DNA of 64,000 bases, taken from the NCBI RefSeq assembly GCF_006345805.1, contig NC_043003.1, positions 6,386,001 through 6,450,000 of the forward strand, given 5' to 3'. Source of the DNA: Octopus sinensis. Its lineage: Eukaryota. Each line of letters begins with the position of its first letter. The stretch's first letter is position 1. Made by a program: the position numbers and the translations under genes. Positions 37,006 through 49,286 of this stretch are shown here, piece after piece. A model generated the notes under the pieces. It was not told the origin of the DNA, searched no databases, and worked only from the letters and a program-made list of their open reading frames with translations.

Positions 37006-37296
37006 ATTCTGCACTACCACTACCACCACCACCAACACCCCCACCTGATGGTCAAGAAATGTTTAATTAGTTTTAAGACACTAATAATGTAAAACAGGAC
37101 GAATTAAGTAAAAAGGTGTGGGTGAGGGGGTGCAGGTGACACTGCTAGTAGTGGTAGTGCTCCAGCATGGTCACAGTTTTAATAACAAAAACCAGTAATA
37201 AAATAAAACAACTGTACAATATTGCTAAATATTTTTATGGATTTAGAAATTAAAAAAATAATTTCAAAAAATAATTTCAAAACAAAATGGGTCTAG

Positions 37297-37712
37297 TGCA
37301 GGAGTGGTTGTGTGGTAAGTAGCTTGTCTACCAACCACATGCTTCCGGGTTCAGTCCCACTGCGTGGCACCTTGGGCAAGTGTCTTCTACTATAGCCTCG
37401 GGCCGACCAAAGCCTTGTGAGTGGATTTGGTAGACGGAAACTGAAAGAAGCCCGTCGTATATATGTATATATATATATATATGCGTGTGTCTGTTTGTGT
37501 GTCTGTGTTTGTCCCCTAGCATTGCTTGACAACCGATGCTGGTGTGTTCATGTCCCCGTTACTTAGCAGTTCGGCAAAAGAGACCGATAGAATAAGTACT
37601 GGGCTTACAAAAGAATAAGTCCCGGGGTCGAGTTGCTCGATTAAAAGGCGGTGCTCCAGCATGGCCGCAGTCAAATGACTGAAACAAATAAAAGAGTAAA
37701 AGAGTAAAGAGA
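37297..37712 (+). mobile_element. SINE family B
   Basis: Full length. Confidence 0.92.
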
Positions 37713-37713
37713 G

Positions 37714-37985
37714 TAGTGTTGTTGTTGTTGTTTGTTTGTTTGTTGAGCGAAGCGGTCTTCGTCCCAGAGCTCTGTAGTTTGAGAAGTCCGAAACGTGGTC
37801 CTTTGCTATTCGTAAGACCCGCAGAAGAGAAAGCAGGTCAACCCCCCCCCCCACCAACACCGAGAGTATCGACGGATGGATGAATGCGCATCCAGGCTCA
37901 GCGGTTGCGTAGGAAGTCGGGGACAAGAAACAGGAAGAAAGAGTGAGAGAAAGTTGGAGCAAAAGAGTACAGCCCCCTTCCCACT
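37714..37985 (-). mobile_element. SINE family D, 3' part, tail-to-tail with the SINE B
   Basis: Reverse complement of ~4520-4760. Confidence 0.88.
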
Positions 37986-38554
37986 TATCTCCACCATACC
38001 CATCTTCTCTATCCCTTTCAATCCACCCATCTATTGTGCGTTTGTCTCTAGACTCCCTCAAATCACGAACCCTTCAAATCACAATAACTACCAAGGGGTC
38101 CTCAGTCAGTTTCCAAGATGAGCATACTATAATTTGAATGACTGAGTAAACTATAACTGGGGTATAAGTGGCTGAGTATTCCACAGAGATGTCTAACCTT
38201 TTACAAAGTCCTCAGACAGCACCACCACAATACAAAGTGTGACTAAGTTGTGGATTTTGAATTACAAATACAGCAAGTCCATGTGAAAGGCTTCCACACA
38301 GTTTCCATCAACCTATTTTTACTTGCAAAGCATTTGTTGACCTGAGGCAAGGGTAAAAGATACTTGCTCAAGGTGCCACAGAGTGGGATTGAACATAGGA
38401 CCTCATATTTGTGAAACAACCTTCTTACCCACTGGGCCATGCCTGCACATGACACACAGACAGATTGATAGATAACAGACACACACACAGATATGCACAA
38501 ACATGTATCTACATAGCATAGAAATCAGTGTGTGTATCTGCGTATGTATATGCA

Positions 38555-38910
38555 TCAGTGCTATGGCCGATGCCAGCGCCACCTTGACTGGCTTCCGTGC
38601 TGGTGGCACGTAAAAAGCATCATCCGTACGTGGTCGATGCCAGCGCCGCCTTGACTGGCTTCTGTGCTGGTGGCACATAAAAAGCACCAACCGATCATGG
38701 CCATTGCCAGCCTTCTCTGGCCCCTGTGCCGGTGGCACATAAAAAGCATCTACTACACTCATGGAGTGGTTGGCATTAGGAAGGGCATCCAGCTGTAGAA
38801 ACACTGACAGATCAGACTGGAGCCTGGTGCAGCCTCCTGGCTTCCCAGACCCCGGTCAAACCGACCAACCCGTGCTAGCATGGAAAACGGATATTAAACG
38901 ATGATGATGT
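38555..38910 (+). mobile_element. Family C copy with 4 tandem repeats
   Basis: gatgccagcgcc..ttgactggcttc.gtgctggtggcac.taaaaagca units of ~53 bp. Confidence 0.9.
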
Positions 38911-38915
38911 ATGCA

Positions 38916-38946
<31 letters not shown>

Positions 38947-39559
38947 ATGCTCATTTACATCTACAATCATTTGTACAACCCTTGGTTCTCTTCTCAACAA
39001 ATTGTCCGAGCACTTAATACTTTAGAAGCTGAGTAATAATAATGTATTAGTGGGAGGGAAAGGGGTCTCTTTGACTTGACACTGCATGCTAACTGTAAAC
39101 AAATGTCCCCGTCACACAAGCAGTGTTGTTTATTTACAATCTTCTGTAAAAACATGTCTGGCCACCAGGCTGTTCACGTTTGAAGGACCAGAAGAATGGT
39201 TTGCTTAGCATCAGATGAAGATTGGTGATAGGGAGAGAGAGAGAGAGCATTCAGAAAGCTCTCCCTAAATGAATTTACACCTGACCCACACAACCATTGG
39301 AACAACAACGACGATGATGATGATGATGATGACGATGATGATAATGATGATGATGCACACCTAGAGCAACGGAATCAAAGAAATTCCAAATATTTTTGAA
39401 CATTCCTAGATTGTAATTTGGTTTGGCAGCAGAATTAATGAATCAAAACACATCCTGTGTAATTATCAACATGTGCTTATGGGCAGAACTTGGCAGATTG
39501 GGAGACATAAAGTATCATGTGTGTGTGTATGGGGGGAGGTGTGTATGAATGTATACAGG

Positions 39560-39595
<36 letters not shown>

Positions 39596-39752
39596 ATCCA
39601 GTTAGAAATTATAGCAGGAAACCTTTAAAATATGTAAGTACATATACAGTGACGCACACACAATTTTCACCACAACTCCACCACATACCTCCACTCACAT
39701 CTAAAGATATAGAAATATAATTACTGACATGCATACATACACACACACATAC

Positions 39753-39786
<34 letters not shown>

Positions 39787-40595
39787 CCATTTGTTTGACA
39801 TCTACTTTTCCATGCCAGTATGGGTTAGACAAATACATCATTGAAGCTGGATGCCCTTCCTGTTGCTAACCCTTGCCTGTTTGTCAGGTAAGGATTCCAA
39901 ACATAAGAAAGGATTTCTCATTGCTCCTGACAGCAAAGGCTCGTGCAGCCACAGCACCTAAACACAGAAACTTTGGAATAAACAAACACAAACAAAACAC
40001 AAACACACAAATACACACACGTGTGGTGTGTATGTTGATATATTATACAATAACATAAACATACACACACACACACACACACACGCAATTAGCCTACCAT
40101 TATATATATATGTTGTCATAACCATATGTTTAATTATCATTTATTTACTTAGTCTCCGTGGGACTTAATTTCACAGTTAATTAATTATAGATATATGACT
40201 CCATACACATGCGTCACACATACTTTTATATATGTGTGCGATCATGCATACGCATGTACGTATTTATATGTACATACATAAATATGTGTATATCTATATA
40301 TATATACACACATACACATGTATATATATATATAATTATACACACACACATATATATATGCATCAGCATATACACACGTACATTTATATTTCCTGACACA
40401 CTTCACTTCATGTATTATACATTACATGCATTAACATTATTAGTTGGACATTGAATATATACATCTGTATACATACATATACATTCACCACATAGTAGTG
40501 TGTATATGACTGCACCCATACATGTGCATAAGTGTGTATGTATGTGTGTGCATGTGTGTGTAATTTACCCTCCATAAAACTAGTCTATATGTATG

Positions 40596-41855
40596 TCATC
40601 ATCATCATCATCATCGTTTAACGTCCGTTTTCCATGCTAGCATGGGTTGGACAGTTCGACCAGGGTCTGGGAAGTCAGGAGGCTGCACCAGGCTCCAGTC
40701 TGATCTGTCAGTGTTTCTACAGCTGGATGCCCTTCCTAACGCCAACCACTCCGAGAGTGTAGTGGGTGCTTTTTACATGCCACCAGCACAGGGGCCAGAT
40801 AACGCTGGCAACAGCCATGATTGGTTGGTGCTATTTCCATGCCACCAGCACAGAAGCCAGTTGAGGTGGCGCTGGCATCGGCCACTTTCAGATGGTGCTT
40901 TTTATGTGCTACCGGCACGGGTATCACGACTACAATTTCCATTCAATTTTCATTTTGATGCACTTGACTCAATAAGTCTCCTCAAGCACAGCAGGTTGCC
41001 CTATGATCCAAGGTACTTTTGAATGGGCTGAGGCTGGTTATGTGAAACTGGTGTAGGATACAGCCGTAAACTCACTTTATTTGCCGGGTCTTCGCAGTCA
41101 CAGCATATCTCCAGAAGTCTCAGTCTTTCGTCATTGCCTCTGTGAGGTCCAATGTTCGAAGGTCATGCTTGACCATCTCATCCCATGTCTTCCTGGGTCT
41201 ACCTCTACTCTGGATTCCTTCAACTTTTTGGGAGTGGCACTTCTTCACACATCTCTCCTCGTCCATCCATAGTACATGACTATACCAGTGCAAACATCTC
41301 TTGTGCATGCCACATCCGATGCTTCTTATGTCCAACATTCCTCTCAGGGCGCTTACACTCTGTCGTGTGTGCACACTGACATTACACATCCAGCGTATCA
41401 TGCTAGCTTAATTCCTTTCGAGCCTATGCATGTCCTCTGCAGTCATGGCCCATGTTTCACTGCAGTGAAGCATGGTAATTTGCACACATGCATTGTACAA
41501 TCTACCTTTCACTCTGAACGAGAGGCCCTTTGTCACCAGTAGGGTTAGAAGCTTTCTAAACTTTGCCCAGGCTATTCTTATTCTAGTGGTTACACTCTCT
41601 GAGCATCCACCCCCACAACTAACTTGGTCACCTAGGTAGCGGAAGCTATCAACTACTTCTAGTTTCTCCCCCTGGCATGTGATGGAATCTGTTTTCTGAG
41701 CATCTGTGATGTCCATTGCCCCTGTGCATCTGCCACACACAAAAGCTATCTTCTCGGTTAATCTTCCTTTGATGTTGCTGCACCTCTTATGTGTCCATAA
41801 CTTACACTGTGTACATCCTATGGAGTTTCTACCTACACCTTTTCTCCGTAACACA
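40596..41855 (-). mobile_element. Longest RTE copy: ORF2 C-terminal half contiguous with the family C 3' UTR
   Basis: RKGVGRNSIGCTQCKLWTHKRCS...CGRC, VDSFRYLGD, RIRIAWAKF, MLHCSETW, RGRPRKTW, then uninterrupted into C repeats and the (gat)n tail. Confidence 0.93.
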
Positions 41856-42450
41856 GACTTTACCATGTTTAATTATACACCCTCCAATACCACACACATG
41901 AATATATGAACTCACAGGAGTGTGGGTGTATATAAGGGAGTGTGTGCAGCATTTGTTTACTTTGTGTTCTATAAATGTTCAATACAACTTTATATCACAG
42001 GTGTGTAGAATGTGATGCTAATTATAAACAGAAATTAGATTCCTGGAGTAAACGGTTAAGGTGTTGCACTCATGATTTTGAGAATGTGATTTCAATTCCC
42101 AGGCCAGGTGGTGCATTTAGTTCATGAGCAAACCACGTGATTTCATGCTGCTCTGTGATAAATTCAATTCATCTGACTCACCTGTGCACCACCAGTACAG
42201 GTAATGTCAATTTGATGGAGAGAATGGGCTTGTGTGAACACAAACATTTAATCATCATAAACAAATCGGTTGGCAGGAAAAGGCGGAACAGTCATCCATT
42301 GTCTAATGATGGGGAAAGTCCATGAGAGAGTCCATAGTATTCCAGGAACACATACAGGTATATTCTCAGTCAACCAAACACATCAGTAAAGTGTAAACAA
42401 ACCATATGGAACGGTAGAAAGTCTTCAAATAATAAAAGTCTTCAAATAAT

Positions 42451-42850
42451 AGGCGCAGGAGTGGCTGTGTGGTAAGTAGCTTGCTAACCAACCACATGGT
42501 TCCGGGTTCAGTCCCACTGCGTGGCATCTTGGGCAAGTGTCTTCTGCTATAGCCCCAGGCCGACCAATGCCTTGTGAGTGGATTTGGTAGATGGAAACTG
42601 AAAGAAGCCTGTCGTATATATGTATGTGTGTGTATGTGTTTGTGTGCCTGTGTTTGTCCCCCTAGCATTGCTTGACAACCGATGCTGGTGTGTTTACGTC
42701 CCCGTCACTTAGTGGTTCGGCAAAAGTGTCCCGATAGAATAAGTACTGGGCTTACAAAGAATAAGTCCCGGGGTCGATTTGCTCGACTAAAGGCGGTGCT
42801 CCAGCATGGCCACAGTCAAATGACCGAAACATGTAAAAGAGTAAAAGAGA
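42451..42850 (+). mobile_element. SINE family B
   Basis: Full length; head aggcgcaggagtggctg. Confidence 0.92.
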
Positions 42851-43089
42851 GTAGCCTAATTTGTTGGAATCCTTTGTCATCAGAAGAATTGTCTCTGGAA
42901 CTTTTGAAGAAGAGTTTTTTAAGCCTGTGTTGGCACATCATACTTAGCTAATTTGCTTTTTTGTTTTTTATGGTTTTTTTCCTCTTTTTATTCAGGATTG
43001 AGTACAATATATAGTTTTACCTATAACATATAAGCTGCAGCCCTTTGATTTGTTCCTAAATACTTATGACTTAATATTCCCTACGTTTG

Positions 43090-43282
43090 TGCAGGTGGCA
43101 CGTAAAAAGCACCCACTACACTCGCGGAGTGGTTGGCGTTAGGAAGGGCATCCAGCTGTAGAAACACTGCCAGATCAGACTGGAGCCTGGTGCAGCCCCT
43201 GGCTTCCCAGACCCCGGTCGAACTGTCCAACCCGTGCTAGCGCGGAAAACGGATGTTAAACGATGATGATGATGATGATGAC
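43090..43282 (+). mobile_element. Family C copy (young, CpG-intact)
   Basis: ctcgcggagtggttggcgttagg...gctagcgcggaaaacgg. Confidence 0.9.
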
Positions 43283-43400
43283 ATCAAGTTGATGATCAAT
43301 CTCTGACCCTTAATTTCCAAATGTCATTTGAAATTACTGTGGCGTTTTCCAAGAACCAGTTACAGAATTCCCTTTTGGAATAGCTACAGGTGACTTTTAA

Positions 43401-43617
43401 CCCTATAGTGTTCACATTATTCTGCCAAAACTAATCCCTTTTCACATTGTTTTGAACTAATCATGCATTATCTTGTAGCTATGAGATTTTGATGAGGTAG
43501 CTGTTAATTTTGAAAACGATATTGTAGGGTTTGTGTGAGAGACCAGATCTGGCCAGTTTGACCATAAAACAGGCAGAATACTTTTGGCCGGATATGGCCA
43601 GTTTAAATGCTAAAGGG
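43401..43617. mobile_element. TTAA-flanked MITE (piggyBac-like)
   Basis: ttaa|ccctatagtg ... atgctaaaggg|ttaa; opposite-orientation relative at 49287-49506. Confidence 0.7.
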
Positions 43618-44060
43618 TTAAAAGTAACAAACTGGACAGCTTAATTAGATGGGCTAATTTCCATCCTGTTTTGGGATTTCATCATTAATGCAGTACTTTT
43701 TTACCTGTCGACAGAGACACAGTTTATAAACCCACTATTAGTTCAACATACAGCTACAGATGCAATACCTGGACACATCATCAGTGTTGTATCCTGGGGT
43801 TAATGGTAGTTTCAGGAGTTACACCATAATCCCATACGGAGGTGACCAATCACCCCTTTTCAGTCAGAGCCATCTAGAGGCTTTTATCATTCTGGATTAT
43901 TCTACTTCTGCTCATTCCTGTTTGGCCAGGGTTACATAGGCCTCACTCAGGGAATGACCAGCAAATCCTCAACTGCCCACCTCCACTGACAAGCATGTGA
44001 TTCTGCACCTTTCTCCAGGTATTTAGTTCTCTTCCTCTCTTGCACTGCCCCCATCCTTAC

Positions 44061-44207
44061 CTCCCAGGACACAGTCGGCTCCGATACGATTAGCTGCCAC
44101 ATTGCCTCGCAAACTAAAAGGATACTTGGACTCAGTGAGGGCTCGGCTAATGTGTGACGGGAATCTTAGCTGCTTCTCCGGATCGACTTTCATCTCACAG
44201 ACGCACA
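44061..44207 (-). CDS. Internal coding exon of an unidentified host gene (147 nt, phase 1-1)
   Basis: Acceptor cccttttgccttactttccacag|, donor GAG|gtaagg; only one open frame, xCVCEMKVDPEKQLRFPSHISRALTESKYPFSLRGNVAANRIGADCVLGx; 9 CpGs retained against CpG-poor flanks; non-repetitive. Confidence 0.72.
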
Positions 44208-45536
44208 CTGTGGAAAGTAAGGCAAAAGGGCCGCTGCTGCTGCTGCTACTATTGGATCGAGTAACTTGGATGAACCAATTTGCATATATCCATAACACAT
44301 TCTTGGCAGCTAATTTGATGAATAAATAACAGTCATCCATACCACCACCACCACCACCATCGTGAATGTTTATACTAAAGAAAGTTAGAGGTGCTGTGGA
44401 GATGCGGGGAGGGGAGGAGGACAGGAGAAAATCCTCTAGCTTCCCACTCCCCACCACCTCGTTACCTCGTTAGCAGAGTAAGGGGAAAGTATTGATTAGA
44501 TTCTTGGGTAACTAATTAAACATCTAGGAGCATGGAAAACGGATGTTAAACGATGATGATGATGATGATGATGAAAGTGTGTACATTGGGTAAGTGTGTG
44601 TGTGTGTGTACCTGTTTATGAATGCAAATTTATAAATGGGTATATGTGGGCGTGTAAAATAGAAGTACTTATCTGTAGATAAACATGCAGATATATATAT
44701 ATATCAGAGTGTGTGTGTGTGTGTGTGTGTGTATATAAGCATATGTTGTGTTCTGGTGTACGTGCACGTGTACAGGGACCAACAAGTGTGTGCACATGTG
44801 CAGTTAGTGTACGTGTGTGCATGCAGTGTGTTGCATACTTCACCCTTTTTCACTCCCCCTCCCACTCTTTTTAACAAATTTCTCCTACCCCCCTCATAAA
44901 CATTATTCCCACCTCACTCCCACTCTCATCCACCTTATCAAAACCTCTGTTGCCACCCCCTAATTTACCCCCCCCACACCCACACTCTATCCCCTCCAAC
45001 AGTATACAGAATAAACTGTCAGTCTCTCACACCACCACCGCCACCACTTCCATATTTGTTTATCAGATAGTGATGGCGATGGTGGTGGTGGTAGTAGTGA
45101 GAGTAGTGACAGTGTATGAAGAGTATATGATGATGATGATGATGATGTTGGTGGCAGCATACATGGAAGCTTGTCATAGTATTGGGTCCTGCTCCGAAAA
45201 CAGACCCTCACTTTAACAATACCAGTCCTCATCCCTACACAGAAGACCTTAAAGTACATTTAGGGCACGAGGTGAGGATTAGTGGGTTCATCAAAGGGCA
45301 TTTTGTCCTCCACTACAAGACAGAACATCATTTGTCCCCAACCATGTCATCATTTCTCTCCCTCTCCCTCCTTTTCTCATTTTACTATTGGGAGTTCAAA
45401 TCCTGCAGAGATCAATTTTACTTTTCATCCCTCTTGAGGCAATAAAGTAATGAACCAATTCAAAAACTGGAGTCAATGGTCTCAACCAGTGCCCCATAAC
45501 CTTAAAAATTGCTGGCCTTGGGCCTAAATTTTAAGC

Positions 45537-45570
<34 letters not shown>

Positions 45571-45588
45571 CATTAGTCTTCTTTTTAT

Positions 45589-45822
45589 ATTTCTTTACTA
45601 CCCACAAGGGGCTAAACACAGAGGGGACAAACAAGGACAGACAAAGGTATTAAGTTGATTACATCGACTCCAGTGCGTAACTGGTACTTAATTTATCGAC
45701 CCCGAAAGGATGAAAGGCAAAGTCGACCTCGGCGGAATTTGAACTCAGAACGTAACGGCAGACGAAATACCGCTAAGCATTTCGCCCTGCTTGCTAACGC
45801 TTCTGCCATCTCCTCGCCTTCA
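45589..45822 (-). mobile_element. SINE family A monomer
   Basis: 16-bp TSD ttagtcttctttttat at 45573-45588 and 45825-45840. Confidence 0.93.
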
Positions 45823-46504
45823 ATTTAGTCTTCTTTTTATCCTTTGCTTTCACTGCATTACCGAGTACAGCGTGCCTTGGCTATGTGCAGTGCCTAGTGG
45901 TGCTATTTTCTCTATGTTATACTTGTAAGTTCTGCAGTTTTTGTTATGTATTTGTCTGCATGTTTTGGGTTTTTTTTACTATACCTAATGCACCTTTTGT
46001 GATAAGAATTGTTTCTGTTTTTAGGTTCCACATTCGAGTTACCCCTATTTCCAAATTTTCAGTCACTCCATTCACCCCCGCCCTTTTTTTCTACACGGTC
46101 AGTCATCTCCCCTCTCTTCCACCAGCTTTTCCTCATTTATACTCACACTCTCTCCTTTCCTCTACCTCTATTAACCCCCTCTCTCTCTCTCTTTCTCCTC
46201 ATACACTCTTCCAACCACTACCCATCCACACTTCATGTTCTCTTCTCACTTACTTTGCATCATGAGGGTCCACCACCCTGACACCTCATCACCCTTATTC
46301 TCTTTCCAGCTCCCCCTCTCTCTTCTGTAACACCAGTAGCCATGGAGCTCCTCCTCCTCCTCCACAGCAAGAAACCTCTTCTCACGCATTAATCTCCCCA
46401 TCCTGCAGTATAAAACCACTTCCCCCTCTCTACTGTTGAAGTGAGTCATGGCCTTGCAGGCTCTATGGTAACCTCACTAGGGCTGGTGCCAGGAAAAAGC
46501 ACAC

Positions 46505-46690
46505 AAACACACCTGCCCTGTCCATGCTGTGAAGTGGTTAGCATTAAGAAAGGCATCCAGCTGTAGAAACCATTCCAAAGCAGACATTGGAGCGGGAGAC
46601 AGTTTTGGGATCTGGCTGGATCCTGTCAAGCTGTCCAATCAATGCCAGCATGGAAGATGGATGTTAAGTGATGAGGATGATGATGATGAG
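46505..46690 (+). mobile_element. Degenerate family C-like copy
   Basis: ttagcattaagaaaggcatccagctgtagaaa ... gatgatgatg. Confidence 0.7.
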
Positions 46691-47732
46691 TTGAAGACAT
46701 GGTTGTTATTATTATTAGTTGCTTAACCCTAGGTCGTACCAGACCAAACAAGCTTATTTGTAATTAACAATAACTAATTAATCACTTGTGTTTGTGTAGA
46801 ACTTAACAAGATATGCACTTTTGTTAAGGGGAGGGGGAATGACAAGGTCACAAACACTGTGGGACATCCCCCCCAAACTCACCCACCACCCTAGTTTAAT
46901 TAGGTTTATTAATGAGGGGGGATAGGAAGGATTATCATTATCTACTGAGGTGAGGGGGTAGGGGATATCCTCAGGCCCCTAAAACTCAGACAACACATAC
47001 AATAACCATCATAACTACCACTACAACCACCACCACCACCACCACCAGCATGACAACCATCCCTAACAGCACATTGACCATCACTGCTGGCACCACCACC
47101 ACAGAAAACACCTTCACCCCCTCCAACCCCCAACAACTAGTAAAATCTTTGTAACTATGCAAACCTGATAAGACCAGATACATACACCCCCACCACTACC
47201 ACCACTGCTACCCCACCCACACCAATTCAGACAATAAGCCAGTGTTTTAAGCCCTCTAACCCACTTCAAACCCTCACTCACATCTCTCACCACTTCCCCC
47301 CCCCCCCCCCCCGACATCGGGTTCTTTAATCTTTTAATTACCAGCTTCCTTATCATTACTCCTCATACACCACCATCATCATCACCAATTAAAGTATGCT
47401 ACCATCATACACCACCACCACCATCAACATTCACTGTGACTAGCACATCATCATCACCACAACCATCATCATCACCAGACCACCCATCACACTACTGTCA
47501 GTATGACCACCACCGTGCAACACCATCACATCATAACCTGCACACTGTAAACAGTATGTTAGTCACATCAATCAATATTAGTCACACTAATCAATACACG
47601 TGATTTAACGCATTGCTGACAACATTAAATGTGTAGCTACACACACATACACACAGAGGCACTGTACATACATATACACTCACATCTACTGCAGCCATAC
47701 ATGCTGTGCACAGAGGTAGATTTTACTGCAAT

Positions 47733-48030
47733 ATCATCATCGTTTAACGTCCGTTTTCCATGCTAGCAGATGGCTTCCTGAGGAGAAGAGGAGAAATTAC
47801 CTCATTTTCAGCTCTACAACAATGTCCAGCAAACTGGACTCTCCTACCTTTCACAAGAGATGGTACAGGTGGTAATTTCCCATATATTTGGACTTTGGTT
47901 GGATGACGCTTCCACGGGAGATTTTGAGCTCTCACGAGGAGGCGAGTGTAAGTTCCAGCCAACCGCCTCTCAAGCTTCTTTGATAACGTCCAGGTTTCTG
48001 AGCCATAAGGTAGAATGGTAGAGATGGTGG
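47733..48030 (-). mobile_element. Chimeric RTE fragment (fourth lineage) ending in a family C tail
   Basis: LPYGSETWTLSKKLERRLAGTYTRLL...RRVQFAGHC...LLLRKPS fused to gctagcatggaaaacggacgttaaacgatg. Confidence 0.8.
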
Positions 48031-48111
48031 CAGTGCTGATGGTGGTGGTGGTGATGGGGACAGAATGAAATGTTGTCATGACGGGCTGTGTTGGTGGTAT
48101 TAACGTAGCAC

Positions 48112-48705
48112 AAAGGTGGCGAGCTGGCAGAAACGTTCGCACGCCGGGTGAAATGCTTAGCGGTATTTTGTCTGCCGTTACGTTCTGAGTTCAAATTCCG
48201 CCGAGGTCGACTTTATATTTCATCCTTTCGGGGTCAATAAATTAAGTACCAGTTATGCACTGGGGTCGATATAATAGACTTAATCAGTTTGTCTGTCCTC
48301 TTTGTGTTTAGCCCCCTGTGGGTAGTAAAGAAATAGGTATTTCGTCTGCCGCTACATTCTGAGTTCAAATTCCGCCGAGGTCAACTTTGCCTTTCATCCT
48401 TTCGGGGTCGATAAATTAAGTACCAGTTATGCACTGGGGTCGATATAATAGACTTAATCCGTTTGTCTGTCCTCGTTTGTCCTCTCTGTGTTTAGCCCCT
48501 TGTGGGTAGTAAAGAAATAGGTATTTCGTCTGCCGCTACGTTCTGAGTTCAAATTCCACCGAGGTTGACTTTGCCATTCATCCTTTCGGGGTCGATAAAT
48601 TAAGTACCAGTTACGCACTGGGGTCAATGTAATCGACTTAATCTGTTTGTCTGTCCTTGTTTATCCTCTCTATGTTTAGCCCCTTGTGGGTAGTAAAGAA
48701 ACAGC
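48112..48705 (+). mobile_element. SINE family A trimer
   Basis: Units start at 48162, 48336 and 48520; 14-bp TSD tattaa(c/t)gtagcac at 48098-48111 and 48706-48719. Confidence 0.93.
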
Positions 48706-48959
48706 TATTAATGTAGCACCACCGCCACCACCATACCATCACCATCTACTCCCCAGCCACCCGCCCGCCCACCACAACCATGCAATACATCAAAGCCAAT
48801 TCTGAAATGTTTTGCTTCCCTCCAAATATTTACTGAGCAACAACAATAACAATTTATACGTATTTACACATCTCTATATATATATGCTCACATGCATACA
48901 TATCTACACATACCCATATATATGCACATGTATTTACATACACACACACACACACAGCT

Positions 48960-49262
48960 ACACACATGCTCACATGCAAGTGTACATATACATTTACACA
49001 CACACACACACTCGTGTACACACACAAACGCACACATATTTACATGCTCACACACAAATGTACATACACACACACACTCATGTATACACACACGCACACA
49101 TATTTACATGCTCACACACAAATGTGCACACACACACACACTCATGTATACACACACGCACACATATTTACATGCTCACACACAAATGTACACACACACA
49201 CACACACTCATGTATACACACACGCACACACATATTTACATGCTCACACACACACACACACA
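48960..49262. repeat. CA-based higher-order minisatellite (~62-64-bp unit)
   Basis: catatttacatgctcacacacaaatg...ctcatgtatacacacacgca repeated ~4 times. Confidence 0.85.
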
Positions 49263-49286
49263 CCTAAGAGCCACAAGATTGCTTGA

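Noticed and set aside
43700-43725. Minus-strand gtcgacag|gtaaaa AG/GT juxtaposition
   Set aside because: Poor polypyrimidine tract and weak donor compared with the 5252 site.
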